The notes: generated from the letters alone by a model not told the origin. Positions 12,843-22,626 are shown, numbered from the stretch's first letter. The stretch is DNA of 64,000 bases from an uncultured delta proteobacterium (GCA_963785725.1 CAWAWS010000029.1:85138-149137); one strand, 5' to 3'. Program-made: numbers and translations.

Positions 12843-14011
12843 GTCACCCTCAAGATCCAGCACTTCAGATACTCGGTTTCGGGCACGCCGAGAAGCGGCG
12901 GATGATCGCGACCGGCGCCGCGACGCTCGATGAGCTGCACGCGCCGGCCGGCGTCGCGCGCGGCGTCCTCGACGACGGCGCCGAAGCGTTCGGGCGTCAT
13001 CTTGCCCGAGCAGCTGCAGGTCACGAGGATGCCGCCCTCCTTGCACAAGCGAAGGCCGCGTAAATTGAGCTCTTTGTAGGCGCGCTCGGCCGCACCGTAG
13101 GCGCTCTTGCGCTTGGCCAGCGCCGGCGGATCGATGACGACGACGTCGAAGCTGCGCCCGTCGCCTTCGAGCTGCCGCAGCCGATCGAAGGCGTTGCCTT
13201 GCTCGACCGTCACCTGCGCCAGCTGATTGCGCTTGGCGTTCTCTTTGGCGCGCGCGACCGCCGGCGCCGCTTCGTCGATCGCCAGCACCGACGTCGCGCC
13301 GCCGCGCGCCAGCGCCAACGCGAAGCCGCCGTGATACGTGAACGCGTCCAAGCATTCGCCGCGCGCATACTCGCCGGCCCGCGCGTGATTCTCCGCTTGA
13401 TCGAGGAATCCGCCGGTCTTGCCGTCGGCCATGACGTCGACTTCGTAGGCGTTGCCGGCGTCGTGATAGCGCACCAGCGTCGGCCCGTCGCCGCGCAAGA
13501 TGGCGCGCCGGCGCGGCAGGCCCTCGAAGTCGCGCGCCGACGAGTCATCGCGCGCGACCACGAGCCGCGCGCCCGTGACCGCTTGAATGAGGCGCGCCAG
13601 CTCGTCCTCGCGCGCGTCCATCGCGCGCGCGCCGGTCTGCAGCACGCACACGTCGCCGTAGCGATCGACGACGAGGCCGGGCAGCCCATCGGCCTCGGCG
13701 TGCACCATGCGGTAGGCGTCGGCGTGCGGCATGAGCCGGCGGCGCAGCTCGTCGGCCGCGCGCAGCCGCGTCTCCAGCAGCGCCGCGTCGACCGTCACGG
13801 CCGCGCGCGCGACCAGGCGCAGCGGCAACTGCGCGCCCGGCGCCCACAACGCCGTGCCGAGCAGCTGACCGCGCGCGTCGTGCACGCGGACGACGTCGGC
13901 GCCGCCCGACGCGTCGCGGCTGACGTCGTCGGCATACACCCACGGATGGCCGGCGCGCAGGCGGGCCGCGCCTTTGGCCGAGACCGTGACCACCGACTCC
14001 GAAGCGGACAT
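12839..14011 (-). CDS. RlmI-like class I SAM-dependent rRNA methyltransferase with PUA domain
   Basis: GHPWVY, EADGLPGLVVDRY, KTGGFLDQ, DAFTYHGGF, VIDPP, TCSCS, PETEYLK. Confidence 0.9.
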   Translation of the reverse strand: MSASESVVTVSAKGAARLRAGHPWVYADDVSRDASGGADVVRVHDARGQLLGTALWAPGAQLPLRLVARAAVTVDAALLETRLRAADELRRRLMPHADAYRMVHAEADGLPGLVVDRYGDVCVLQTGARAMDAREDELARLIQAVTGARLVVARDDSSARDFEGLPRRRAILRGDGPTLVRYHDAGNAYEVDVMADGKTGGFLDQAENHARAGEYARGECLDAFTYHGGFALALARGGATSVLAIDEAAPAVARAKENAKRNQLAQVTVEQGNAFDRLRQLEGDGRSFDVVVIDPPALAKRKSAYGAAERAYKELNLRGLRLCKEGGILVTCSCSGKMTPERFGAVVEDAARDAGRRVQLIERRGAGRDHPPLLGVPETEYLKCWILRVT

Positions 14012-14029
14012 CCCGCTTGCTTAACACGC

Positions 14030-14045
14030 GGGCACGAGCAGTGCA
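14030..14045 (+). promoter_or_regulatory. Putative sigma54 -24/-12 promoter
   Basis: GGGCACGagcaGTGCA (GG-N10-GC) just upstream of ATG 14061. Confidence 0.45.
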
Positions 14046-14060
14046 TCTGGACTCATCCTC

Positions 14061-14930
14061 ATGAGCCTGACGCAGAGAGAGCTCGCGGAAAAACAGCGGG
14101 CACGCGAGCACGAAGACCAAGAAAAGCGGCTGATTTATGCCGCCGGGCTCAAAGCCCTGGTCGACGAGCGGGCGCCGTTCCTCGTCGGTGGCGGCTTCGC
14201 GCTCTACAGCTATCTCGGCCGCTGGCGAACGACGAAAGACGTCGACATCTTCATCCAAGCCGACGACTTGCACTCGGTCCTGCACATCATGATGCGCGCC
14301 GGCTTCCAGTGCGAGATCACCGACGTGGCCTGGCTCGCCAAAGCGCGTCAAGGCGACGCCTGCATCGACATCATCTTTTGCAGCTACAACGGCCTGTTTC
14401 CCGTCGACAAAGGCTGGTTCGACAACGCCCGCCGCGCGCTCGTCCTCGGCATGCAGTGCAAGGTCGTCGGCCCCGAAGAGATCATCGCCTCCAAGTCGTT
14501 CGTGGCCGCGCGCGATCGCTTCGACGGCGCCGACATCTCGTGGCTCATCCGCGCCACGGCGCACAAGCTCGACTGGGATCGCATCGAGCATCTGATGCGC
14601 GAGCATTGGGAGATCCTGCTCTGGCAAATGCTGCATTTTTTGTATGTTTTCCCGTCGGAGCGACATCTGTTGCCGGCGGCGATGATCGATCGCCTGACGC
14701 ACAAGCTGACGGCCGAGGTGCACTCGGACGACTACGAGCCGCTCATCTGTCGCGGGCCCATGCTCGATCCGCGGCTGTATCAGGCGGAGATCGTCGTGCG
14801 CGGCGCCGCCGATCCGCGACCGCGGCGCAACTTGGTGCCGCTCGACCAGCCGTTCGCCGATGGCTTCGACGACGAGTGCGAGCAGCAGGAAGAGCCGCCG
14901 CCCGCCGAGCTCGTCGCCGAAGGCTCGTAA
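14061..14930 (+). CDS. Nucleotidyltransferase superfamily protein (uncharacterised)
   Basis: FLVGGGFAL...RTTKDVDIF (GG plus DxD), IDIIF, RDRFDGAD. Confidence 0.8.
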   Translation: MSLTQRELAEKQRAREHEDQEKRLIYAAGLKALVDERAPFLVGGGFALYSYLGRWRTTKDVDIFIQADDLHSVLHIMMRAGFQCEITDVAWLAKARQGDACIDIIFCSYNGLFPVDKGWFDNARRALVLGMQCKVVGPEEIIASKSFVAARDRFDGADISWLIRATAHKLDWDRIEHLMREHWEILLWQMLHFLYVFPSERHLLPAAMIDRLTHKLTAEVHSDDYEPLICRGPMLDPRLYQAEIVVRGAADPRPRRNLVPLDQPFADGFDDECEQQEEPPPAELVAEGS

Positions 14931-14949
14931 TCGCGCCGGCCGAAACGAC

Positions 14950-14983
14950 GACGCCCGCTGGCGAGGCCGGCGGGGCGTTCTTT
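14950..14983 (+). terminator. Possible terminator hairpin
   Basis: Imperfect GC stem GACGCCCGCTGGC / GCCGGCGGGGCGTT followed by CTTT, between convergent genes. Confidence 0.45.
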
Positions 14984-15041
14984 GATGCAGCGGATGTGGC
15001 TGGAGTCGGCAGCCTAGCCGCGACGCGGCGTCGGCGAGAGG

Positions 15042-15200
15042 CTAGACGGTGCGCGGTCGCGTAAACAGCGTGGCCATGACGGCGACGATGGCGGCGATCA
15101 GCAAGAAGTGAACGCCGTTGCCGATCGGGATGACGCCCGCGACGCCGATCATCCACAAGAAGAGAAGCACGCCGGCCGTCATCCACATCAGATAGAGCAT
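15042..15200 (-). CDS. Small 52-aa membrane protein, lmo0937/DUF5670-like
   Basis: MLYLMWMTAGVLLFLWMIGVAGVIPIGNGVHFLLIAAIVAVMATLFTRPRTV; two TM helices with an LW..G...G.xH.LL pattern; not in the ORF track. Confidence 0.75.
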   Translation of the reverse strand: MLYLMWMTAGVLLFLWMIGVAGVIPIGNGVHFLLIAAIVAVMATLFTRPRTV

Positions 15201-15212
15201 GCCTACGTGCCT

Positions 15213-15260
15213 TACAAGCGGCGTGCCGCTCGATCGCGTTACCGTGGCCTCCTGATTGCA
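15213..15260. promoter_or_regulatory. Back-to-back putative sigma54 promoters
   Basis: Minus strand CGGCACGccgcTTGTA (15213-15228); plus strand TGGCCTCctgaTTGCA (15245-15260). Confidence 0.5.
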
Positions 15261-15275
15261 TCGACCATCGAAATC

Positions 15276-15641
15276 ATGCGTGTGCTGATCGTGGACGATT
15301 ATCCGGGGCTGATCGAGCTGTACGACTTGGCGCTGCGTGCCCGTGGCTTCGAGGTGGTCGGCGCGGCGACGGCCGGCGAGGCGATGACGCTGGCGGCGAC
15401 GCAGCCGTTCGATGCCGTGGTGCTCGATTTCGAATTGCCCGATGGCTCCGGTCCCGATCTGGCGATGCGCATGCGCTCTATTCCGTCACTGGAGAACGCC
15501 AAATTCGTCGGCATGTCGAGCTACGAGAGTGAAGTAGGGAAGCGCTTTGACGCCTTCTTGCCCAAGCCGTTCCATCCCAAGAAGCTCGCGTCGATCTTGC
15601 GCAAGCTGATGGCGCCGCCGAAGTCGAACGCCGCCGCGTAA
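15276..15641 (+). CDS. Single-domain response regulator
   Basis: RVLIVDD, VVLDFELPDGSG, FLPKPF. Confidence 0.9.
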   Translation: MRVLIVDDYPGLIELYDLALRARGFEVVGAATAGEAMTLAATQPFDAVVLDFELPDGSGPDLAMRMRSIPSLENAKFVGMSSYESEVGKRFDAFLPKPFHPKKLASILRKLMAPPKSNAAA

Positions 15642-15839
15642 TTGCGCGCGACGCGCCGCGGCTGTCACCGCCTGGCGCACGCCTGCCCACCGAATGTGCT
15701 CTTCGTGCGCATGCGCGTTTCGGCGTAGGTGCGGCACATTGAGCAATAATTTTCCATGGCTGCGCAAATCTTGCCGCGGCGGCCGGGCGCACGTCGGCCG
15801 CCCCATTGGCCGAGCGGCTGCGCGTGCTACGATCGCTTC

Positions 15840-17135
15840 ATGAGCGTGTACGCGCAGCGACGGCAGAGCTTCATGGAGCGCATCGGGCCGAAGGCGGTCG
15901 CCGTCATCGGCGGCAAGCGCCTCACCGTGCGCAACAGCGACGTGGAGCATCGTTTTCGGCAGACGTCCGACCTGTGGTATTTGACCGGCTTCACCGAGCC
16001 CGAGTCGCTGGCGGTCATCGCGCCCGGCCGCGCCGAGAAGCTGACGATGTTCGTCCGCCCGCGCGATCCCGAGCGCGAGACGTGGACCGGACGGCGCGCC
16101 GGCCTCGAAGGCGCGCGCAGCCGCTTCGGCGCCGACGCCGCGTTCTCGATCGACGCGCTCACCGCCGAATTGCCCAAGCTGCTCGACGGCGCCGAGGAAG
16201 TGCTTTTCATTCCCGGTGACGACCCGGAGCTCGATCGGGCCATTCTCGCGGCCGTGGCGTCGGCGCGTCAGGCCGAGCGGCGGGGCTTGCGCGCGCCGCG
16301 GCGGCTCGGCGATCTGCGCTGGACGTTGCACGAATTGCGGCTCATCAAAGACGACGACGCGCTCGGCAAGATGCGGCGCGCGGCGGCGGTGACGCGCGAA
16401 GCGCACACGGCGGCCATGCGCGCGGCGCGCGACGGCGTGCACGAATACGAGATCGAGGCGCTCGTCGATTACACCTTCCGCAAAGCGGGCGGTCATCCCG
16501 GTTACGGCACCATCGTCGGCGGCGGCGAGAACGCGACCATCCTGCATTACGTCGACAACGACCGGCCGCTCAAGCAGGGCGAGCTCTTGCTCATCGACGC
16601 CGGCTGCGAGATCGACGGCTTCACGGCCGACGTCACGCGCACGTTCCCCATCGGCGCGCGCTTCACGCCGGCGCAGCGCCGCTGTTACGAGCTCGTGCTC
16701 GCCGTCGAAAAGGCGTGCATCGCCAGCGTCGCGCCGGGCCACGACATCGACGCCATTCACGAGCAAGCGGTCGATTTGTTGACGCGCGGCATGATCGAGT
16801 TGGGCCTGCTCAAGGGCGACAAGGCGCAGCTCATCGCCGACGGCTCGTACAAGCGGTTTTACATGCATCGCACGTCGCATTGGCTGGGCATGGACGTGCA
16901 CGACGTCGGCATCTACGCGCCCGACGGCAAGTCGCGGCCGTTCGCGGCCGGCATGGTGCTCACCGTCGAGCCTGGGCTCTACATCGCCGCCGACGCGCAG
17001 GATGTGGCCGAGGAATATCGCGGCATCGGCATTCGCATCGAAGACGACATCCTCGTCACTGCGAACGGCTACGAGAACCTGACGATCGCCGTGCCCAAAG
17101 AAGTCGCCGACGTCGAAGCGCTGACGACCGCCTAG
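15840..17135 (+). CDS. pepP: Xaa-Pro aminopeptidase (aminopeptidase P)
   Basis: FRQTSDLWYLTGF, LHY, DAG, DVTRT, HWLGMDVHD, TVEPGLY, GIRIEDD. Confidence 0.95.
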   Translation: MSVYAQRRQSFMERIGPKAVAVIGGKRLTVRNSDVEHRFRQTSDLWYLTGFTEPESLAVIAPGRAEKLTMFVRPRDPERETWTGRRAGLEGARSRFGADAAFSIDALTAELPKLLDGAEEVLFIPGDDPELDRAILAAVASARQAERRGLRAPRRLGDLRWTLHELRLIKDDDALGKMRRAAAVTREAHTAAMRAARDGVHEYEIEALVDYTFRKAGGHPGYGTIVGGGENATILHYVDNDRPLKQGELLLIDAGCEIDGFTADVTRTFPIGARFTPAQRRCYELVLAVEKACIASVAPGHDIDAIHEQAVDLLTRGMIELGLLKGDKAQLIADGSYKRFYMHRTSHWLGMDVHDVGIYAPDGKSRPFAAGMVLTVEPGLYIAADAQDVAEEYRGIGIRIEDDILVTANGYENLTIAVPKEVADVEALTTA

Positions 17136-17144
17136 TCACGACGA

Positions 17145-17639
17145 TCAACAGACGACGAGCGCGATGCCCTCGACGGCCTGGATCGCTTCGGCGACCTCTT
17201 CGGGCGTCGAATCCTCTTCGTTCACTTGGTCCGCGAAATAGCCCTTCGACAGAATGACCATGTCGTAGGCGCCGGCGGCGGCTTCGTCGGCGATGGCCTG
17301 CGCGCCGCCTTCGGAGTCGGCCTCGTCGGCGAACAGGTAGTCGATCTGCCCGTCGACGACGTTGCGCGCGTAGAGCAGCGAGCGCGCCTCTTCGAGGCCG
17401 GCGATCTGGCCGTCGCGCCACGCCTCGAGGTCTTTGCCGTCGAAGTCGCCGGCGTTGGGGCTGACGTCGAGCTCGTCGGGCGAGCCGTCGGCGTCGTCGT
17501 CGTAGACCTGCTCGGGCGGGCGTACGCGGCAAAAGACGAACGTGATCAGCCCGCCTTCGGAGCCGACGATGTCACCGGCGCGCACGACCGAGTCGTAGAA
17601 CCGTTCGCTCGGATAAACCGGGACCAAGATCTTCTTCAT
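17145..17639 (-). CDS. Acidic universal-stress-protein-like protein
   Basis: MKKILVPV N-terminus, AQAIADEA...YDMVIL and a C-terminal ALVV strand. Confidence 0.6.
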   Translation of the reverse strand: MKKILVPVYPSERFYDSVVRAGDIVGSEGGLITFVFCRVRPPEQVYDDDADGSPDELDVSPNAGDFDGKDLEAWRDGQIAGLEEARSLLYARNVVDGQIDYLFADEADSEGGAQAIADEAAAGAYDMVILSKGYFADQVNEEDSTPEEVAEAIQAVEGIALVVC

Positions 17640-17760
17640 GTCGTTGTCCTCGCTCGAGGTCGCGGCGTGCGACCCGCGTCGCCGGCGCCCGGCGGCGCCG
17701 ACCCGAAGTCTTCGACGGATGTAGAAGCAAGGATGAAGCCGAATTGCGCGGTGTCGAGCG

Positions 17761-18159
17761 CTACTGCAAGTGCGTGAAGGCGTGCGTGATCTTGTGGATC
17801 GCCTTGCCGTTCGGATCGACGTGCGCGCGATCGGCGACGGCGAGCAGGACGCGACCGTTACCGAGCACGGCGGCCGTCGCGGCGCTGGCCGCCCAGGCCT
17901 CGCCCGCTTTCTTGCCGAGCGCCAGCGCGTCGAGCGAGCCGTATTCGCACACGACCGAGTCGACGCCCTCGATCTTGCCGGTCATGCACTTCTCGGCGTG
18001 AAACGCCGTCGCGTCACCGGCCGCGAAGTTCTCGGTCTTGAGATCGGCCTTGGCGAAGGCGTCCGACACTTTTTGCAGCTGCCCGTCGCCGTCGGTCTTG
18101 GCCTTATGACAACCGCCGCCGAGCAGCATCAGCGTCAACAGCGTGAGCGCGCGCTTCAT
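17761..18159 (-). CDS. Hypothetical lipoprotein
   Basis: MKRALTLLTLMLLGGGC lipobox; ATGA overlap with the upstream gene. Confidence 0.75.
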   Translation of the reverse strand: MKRALTLLTLMLLGGGCHKAKTDGDGQLQKVSDAFAKADLKTENFAAGDATAFHAEKCMTGKIEGVDSVVCEYGSLDALALGKKAGEAWAASAATAAVLGNGRVLLAVADRAHVDPNGKAIHKITHAFTHLQ

Positions 18160-19004
18160 CGGTGCCACCCGCCGTGCTTGCCTTCGTGGTGCTCGACGCG
18201 CTCTTCGTGATGGACGACGCGCTCTTCGTGGCGGACGACGCGCTCTTCGTGTCCCCAGCGGCCGCCGCGCTCGCGATGTTCCCAGTGGCCGTTGCCGCCG
18301 CCGACGAGCACCGGGCCGGGCGCGCCGACGACGACGCCGGGCGGACCGGGAACGCCGACACCGACGACGACATGCGGCGCCGGCGGCACGAACACGCCCG
18401 GGCCGTGCACTTCGACGGACACGCCGGGCGGTCCCGGCGGCATGAACACGCCCGGCCCGCGCACTTCGAGCGCCGGACCGGCGACGTAGACTTCGCCATG
18501 CCACTCCGGCGGCGGCGCCACTTCAATCGTCGGGCGGAACGAGACATAGGGCCGATATTCGGCGTTGACCAGCTTCACGCGATGCGGCTTGACGTAGACC
18601 TCGGGAATCGGCGCGACATAAAAGGCGACGCCGTTCTTCTGCGTGTACTCGGGCGTCGACGGCGCGGGATAGGGATGAAAGTGCGGCCCTTCGATCAAGC
18701 AGTAGACCGGCTCGGTCGCGCCTTCGACGACGATCGGATGATGGCCGTAAAACGGATGCTTCTCGCCGTCGTAACCGAAGGGCGTCGGATCGGCCGCGAA
18801 GACGTACTCGCCATCGACTTGCTGATACAGGTTCGGATGATCGGGCCCGTACAGATGAAGGTGCGGCGCCTCGATGTAGCAGTAACCACCACCATGCTTG
18901 GCGGCGATGGGATGCGGGCCCAAATAACGGACCTGCGCGGCGTCGGCGCGGGCGGCCAACAGCGCCAACAGCGTGAAAACGAACATGAGCGTACGTACTC
19001 GCAT
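18156..19004 (-). CDS. Secreted His/Pro/Tyr-rich hypothetical protein
   Basis: Signal peptide ending ARADA; duplicated Y.G.HP...YC.IE.PH.H.Y module; HEERV tail. Confidence 0.8.
   Translation of the reverse strand: MRVRTLMFVFTLLALLAARADAAQVRYLGPHPIAAKHGGGYCYIEAPHLHLYGPDHPNLYQQVDGEYVFAADPTPFGYDGEKHPFYGHHPIVVEGATEPVYCLIEGPHFHPYPAPSTPEYTQKNGVAFYVAPIPEVYVKPHRVKLVNAEYRPYVSFRPTIEVAPPPEWHGEVYVAGPALEVRGPGVFMPPGPPGVSVEVHGPGVFVPPAPHVVVGVGVPGPPGVVVGAPGPVLVGGGNGHWEHRERGGRWGHEERVVRHEERVVHHEERVEHHEGKHGGWHR
18183..18251 (-). repeat. 21-bp tandem repeat (about 3 copies) encoding HEERVV(R/H)
   Basis: cacgaagagcgcgtc recurs with period 21. Confidence 0.85.
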
Positions 19005-19016
19005 GCGACTCCCGTG

Positions 19017-19032
19017 AGCAGCGGCCGTGCCA
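19017..19032 (-). promoter_or_regulatory. Putative sigma54 promoter
   Basis: TGGCACGgccgCTGCT upstream of ATG 19004. Confidence 0.55.
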
Positions 19033-19173
19033 CCGCCAAGGCCATGATTTTATCAGGTGCGGACGCGTCATGCCGGCGCCGTTTTGCTCCGCGGCGCAAA
19101 AATGCGCCGGCGGCGGCGCGCAGAGTGACCCACGTCGACGCCGGCGCGATTCGGCGTGTTAGGATGCCGGCCC

Positions 19174-20371
19174 GTGTCGTCGGTCAATCTGTACGCGAAG
19201 GAGATCTCGCTCAAGATCGTTTATTACGGTCCCGGACTCGGCGGTAAGACGAGCTCGCTGCAATATATTCATCGCGCCATCAAGCCCGACGCGCGCGGCC
19301 AGCTGGTGTCGCTGTCGACGGGCGTCGATCGCACGCTCTACTTCGATTTCCTGCCGGTGAAGCTGCCCAAGCTGCGCGGCTACACGGTGCGCGTGCAGCT
19401 CTACACGGTGCCGGGGCAGGTGCATTACAACTCGACGCGCAAGCTGGTCTTGACCGGCGCCGACGGCATCGTCTTCGTCGCTGATTCGCAGAAGGCGCGG
19501 CGCGAGGCGAACGTAGAGAGCTTCCAGAACCTGCAGGAGAACTTGCGCGAGCAGGGGTTGGCGCTCGATCGCCTGCCGCATCTCCTGCAGTACAACAAGC
19601 GCGACATGCCGGAGCTGATGTCGACGTCGGAGCTGGACGCGGCGCTCAATCCTTACCGCGTGCTCGCGCTCGAGACGTCGGCGGCGACGGGGCTCGGCGT
19701 CTTCGAGGCGCTCAAGTCGATCACGACGCTCGTGCTGTCGGATCTGCGGCGGCGCGGCGTGTGGCGCGCCGATGGGCCGACGACGAATCCGGGCATGCCG
19801 GCGGCGCCGCCGTCTTCGGTCGACCCGACGACGACGCCGCTCTTGGGCGAGGTCGTGCCGCCGTCGGAGCTGCGCGACGAGCCGTCGACCGCGTCGATGC
19901 CGAAGGAGCCGGGGACCGAATCCGTCGAGCTCGATCGCGCAGTCGCTGCAGCTGTTGGCCGAGCGCGAGGAGCCGCCGCCGCCGTCGCTGTCGCCGCTCA
20001 AGCCGGAGGAGCCGGTCGTCGACGGCGGGAAGCTGGCGCGCGGGGCCGGCTTGTCGGAGATGCTGCCGCCGGGCGCGCTGCGCGACGCCATCGTCAGCGT
20101 CGAGTACCTCGTGCATCGCGGGGATTACGCGGGCGCGGTGGCGGCGGCGGCGCGCACGTTCAACGAGGCGGCGCGCGCGGGCGCGACGGTGGCGGGCGCG
20201 TCGAGCGGCGAAGGCCCGGCGTTGCACGCGCTCATGTTGGGCCTGCCGGGCGAGCGTTATTTGCGCTTTCGCGACACGGTGGCGCGGGCGGCGTCGGGCG
20301 GCGCGTCGTCGGCGGACGCGCTGTTCACGATCTTCTTCCTCGTCGACACGGCGCTGCGCACCAAGGGCTGA
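19174..20371 (+). CDS. MglA-family small GTPase with Pro-rich linker and helical C-terminal extension (probable frameshift near 19912)
   Basis: KIVYYGPGLGGKT, DRTLYFDFLP, YTVPGQVHY, NKRD, TSA; a plausible protein continues in the frame of track ORF 19772..20371. Confidence 0.8.
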
Positions 20372-20417
20372 GCCACGCGGCGCGAACGCGCTGGCGCGGC
20401 GTGAGCCGAGCGCGCCG

Positions 20418-21128
20418 TCAGGCGGGCGTGCGCGCGCGGCGTGACGCGTGGGCGATGGCGAGGCCGCGCGCCAGCATCGGCTGCATCGGGCCGCTCGCGA
20501 TCGCGGTCAAGGCCGGGCCGGCGCTGGCGGGCGAGCCGGCGTCGAACGGCGGCGCCGGGGCGTATTCCATCGCCAGCTGCGTCACTTTGGCGGCGATTTC
20601 ACCGCGCAGCTCGGCGAGCAACGTCAGGCCGAAGTCGATGCCGGCCGTGACGCCGCCGCCGGTCACGCGATTGCGATCGACGACGACGCGCGCGTGGACG
20701 CCTTCGACGCCGAGCGCCGCCAGCGCTTCGTAGGCCGCCCAGTGCGTCGCCGCTTTGTAGCCGTCGAGCAGGCCGGCGGCGCCGAGCACGAGCGCGCCCG
20801 AGCAGACCGACGTCACGTAGCGCGCGCGCGCCCCGCGATCGGCGAGAAAGCCGAGGACCTCGGCGTCCTCCATGATCTCGTTCGAGCCGAGGCCGCCGGG
20901 CACGAAGAGCACGTCGAGGTCGCGCGGGCAGTCGGCGAACGTCGTCGTCGGCAACAGCGCGATGCCGCCGTCGGTGAGGACGGGATCGCGCGTCTTCCAG
21001 GCGAGATGGGTGACGCCGTGCTGGCCGAGCGCGGCTTGCGGGCCGGCGAAGTCGAGCAGCGTCATGCCGGGATAGATGAGCATGCCGAGCTGCAGCGGGG
21101 GCGGATTGGCGGCGAGCGGTGTCGTCAT
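20418..21128 (-). CDS. DJ-1/PfpI family protein (isonitrile hydratase-like)
   Basis: LDFAGP, DVLFVPGG, TSVCSG, ATHW, GGGVTAGIDF, EYAPAPPF. Confidence 0.9.
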   Translation of the reverse strand: MTTPLAANPPPLQLGMLIYPGMTLLDFAGPQAALGQHGVTHLAWKTRDPVLTDGGIALLPTTTFADCPRDLDVLFVPGGLGSNEIMEDAEVLGFLADRGARARYVTSVCSGALVLGAAGLLDGYKAATHWAAYEALAALGVEGVHARVVVDRNRVTGGGVTAGIDFGLTLLAELRGEIAAKVTQLAMEYAPAPPFDAGSPASAGPALTAIASGPMQPMLARGLAIAHASRRARTPA

Positions 21129-21398
21129 CGAAGTCTCCTCGTGCGCGACGTGCGCGACGTCTCACGTGTACGCGGGCCGGCGGGCGCGAACGAGCGGCAT
21201 TACGGACAATGGTCGCGCGAATCGCGCCAAATTCGGCGGCGGATGCGGCGATGCGCGATGGCACCGAGGCCGCTCGCTGGAGCGCCGTCGGGCCGGCCAC
21301 CGGGGATCGAGCCGACACGTGATTGGTTTATGAAGGGCGCCGTATCGCAGCGCCGACGTCACGCCACCAGATCCGGACAGACGGGCGCGAATGAGCGG

Positions 21399-21980
21399 TT
21401 AGAACGCGAAGCGGGCGCCGATGCCGAAGTCCCACGTGCCGTAGAAGGCGGTGCCGCCGTTGGCGTTGTTGTAGAAGCCGGCGCCGAGCGTGAAGTTGGT
21501 CTCGAGGCCGACGCCGAGCCATTTCAGGAGGTAATAGTGCACGCCGCCGCCGAAGCGGAAGATGAAGGCGCCGAACGTCGGATCGTAGAAGAGCGCGTCA
21601 CCGCCGAAGCCGGCGCGCACGAACGGGACGAGCGGGATCGGGATGAGCTTCTCGAACGTCAACATCGCGAAGGCCCACAGCTGCAAGTCGCCGCCGCAGT
21701 TGTGGACGTCGCAGCTGAAGACGCCGGCCGTGTAGTTGATGCCGCCGCCGAGCCAGATGCCGCCGATCGACAAGGGCGCGATGAGGCCCGCGATGTCGGT
21801 GGTGAGCTTGTAGCCGGACGGGCTCAGGGTCTCGAAGCCGGCCTGCACGCCGACGACGCTGACGCCGACCTGCAGCTTGCCGGGAAAGAGCTCGGGACCG
21901 TGGCTTTGGACCTGCGCGCTGGCCGGCGCGCTCGAGGCAAGGATTACCGCGGCGGCCAATACGAGCGTCAGTGTACGCAT
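21399..21980 (-). CDS. Outer-membrane beta-barrel-like protein
   Basis: Signal peptide ASA-Q, amphipathic strands, C-terminal GARFAF. Confidence 0.7.
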   Translation of the reverse strand: MRTLTLVLAAAVILASSAPASAQVQSHGPELFPGKLQVGVSVVGVQAGFETLSPSGYKLTTDIAGLIAPLSIGGIWLGGGINYTAGVFSCDVHNCGGDLQLWAFAMLTFEKLIPIPLVPFVRAGFGGDALFYDPTFGAFIFRFGGGVHYYLLKWLGVGLETNFTLGAGFYNNANGGTAFYGTWDFGIGARFAF

Positions 21981-21996
21981 CAACGTCTCCTCGTCG

Positions 21997-22626
21997 TCAC
22001 AGGAAGAATTCGGCGCCGAGCATGAAGTCGACGTAGCCGAAGAAGTCGGTATACGAATGCTGAATTCCGCAAGCGGCGCCGGCGCCATGGAACGATGGGC
22101 CGCCGGCGAAGTCGATCTTGAGGCCGACGCCGATCTTCTTGGTCAAGAAGTACATGGCGCCGCCGCCGGTGCGGATGACGGGCACGCCGGCGCCGTTGTC
22201 GCCGCAGTCGCGGTTGTAGAGCACCTCGACGCCCGCTTGCACCGGCGCTTCGATGACGAGCGGAATGCGCTGCAACGCCCATTTCAGCTTGATGCCCGCC
22301 AAGAGCTCGAGCGCCCAGCCACCGCGATAACAGGTCGAGCCGACGACGCCGTTGGCGCACAGGCCGTCGCCGTTGCCGAAGCCGAAGTTGTTGCCGATGC
22401 TGACGTCGAACCAGATGAACGGGTGGAAGCGATAGGCGTAGTCGGCCTCGAGCTTGTAGCCGGAGGTGCCGGTGTCGTAGTGGCCGCCGAAGCCCGCTTG
22501 AAAGCCGGTGTGGACCGAGATCTCGTTGCGCGAAGGGAAGACTTCGGGGACGCCCGCTTGCACGTCGGCGCGCGCGACGCCGGCGAGGGCGCCGAGGATC
22601 AACAGAGGAAGCAGTAACCGGGACAT
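21997..22626 (-). CDS. Outer-membrane beta-barrel-like protein (paralog of the downstream gene)
   Basis: Signal peptide ARA-D; shares PE.FP, QAGF, SGYKL, IPLV and GVGL; ends GAEFFL. Confidence 0.7.
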   Translation of the reverse strand: MSRLLLPLLILGALAGVARADVQAGVPEVFPSRNEISVHTGFQAGFGGHYDTGTSGYKLEADYAYRFHPFIWFDVSIGNNFGFGNGDGLCANGVVGSTCYRGGWALELLAGIKLKWALQRIPLVIEAPVQAGVEVLYNRDCGDNGAGVPVIRTGGGAMYFLTKKIGVGLKIDFAGGPSFHGAGAACGIQHSYTDFFGYVDFMLGAEFFL

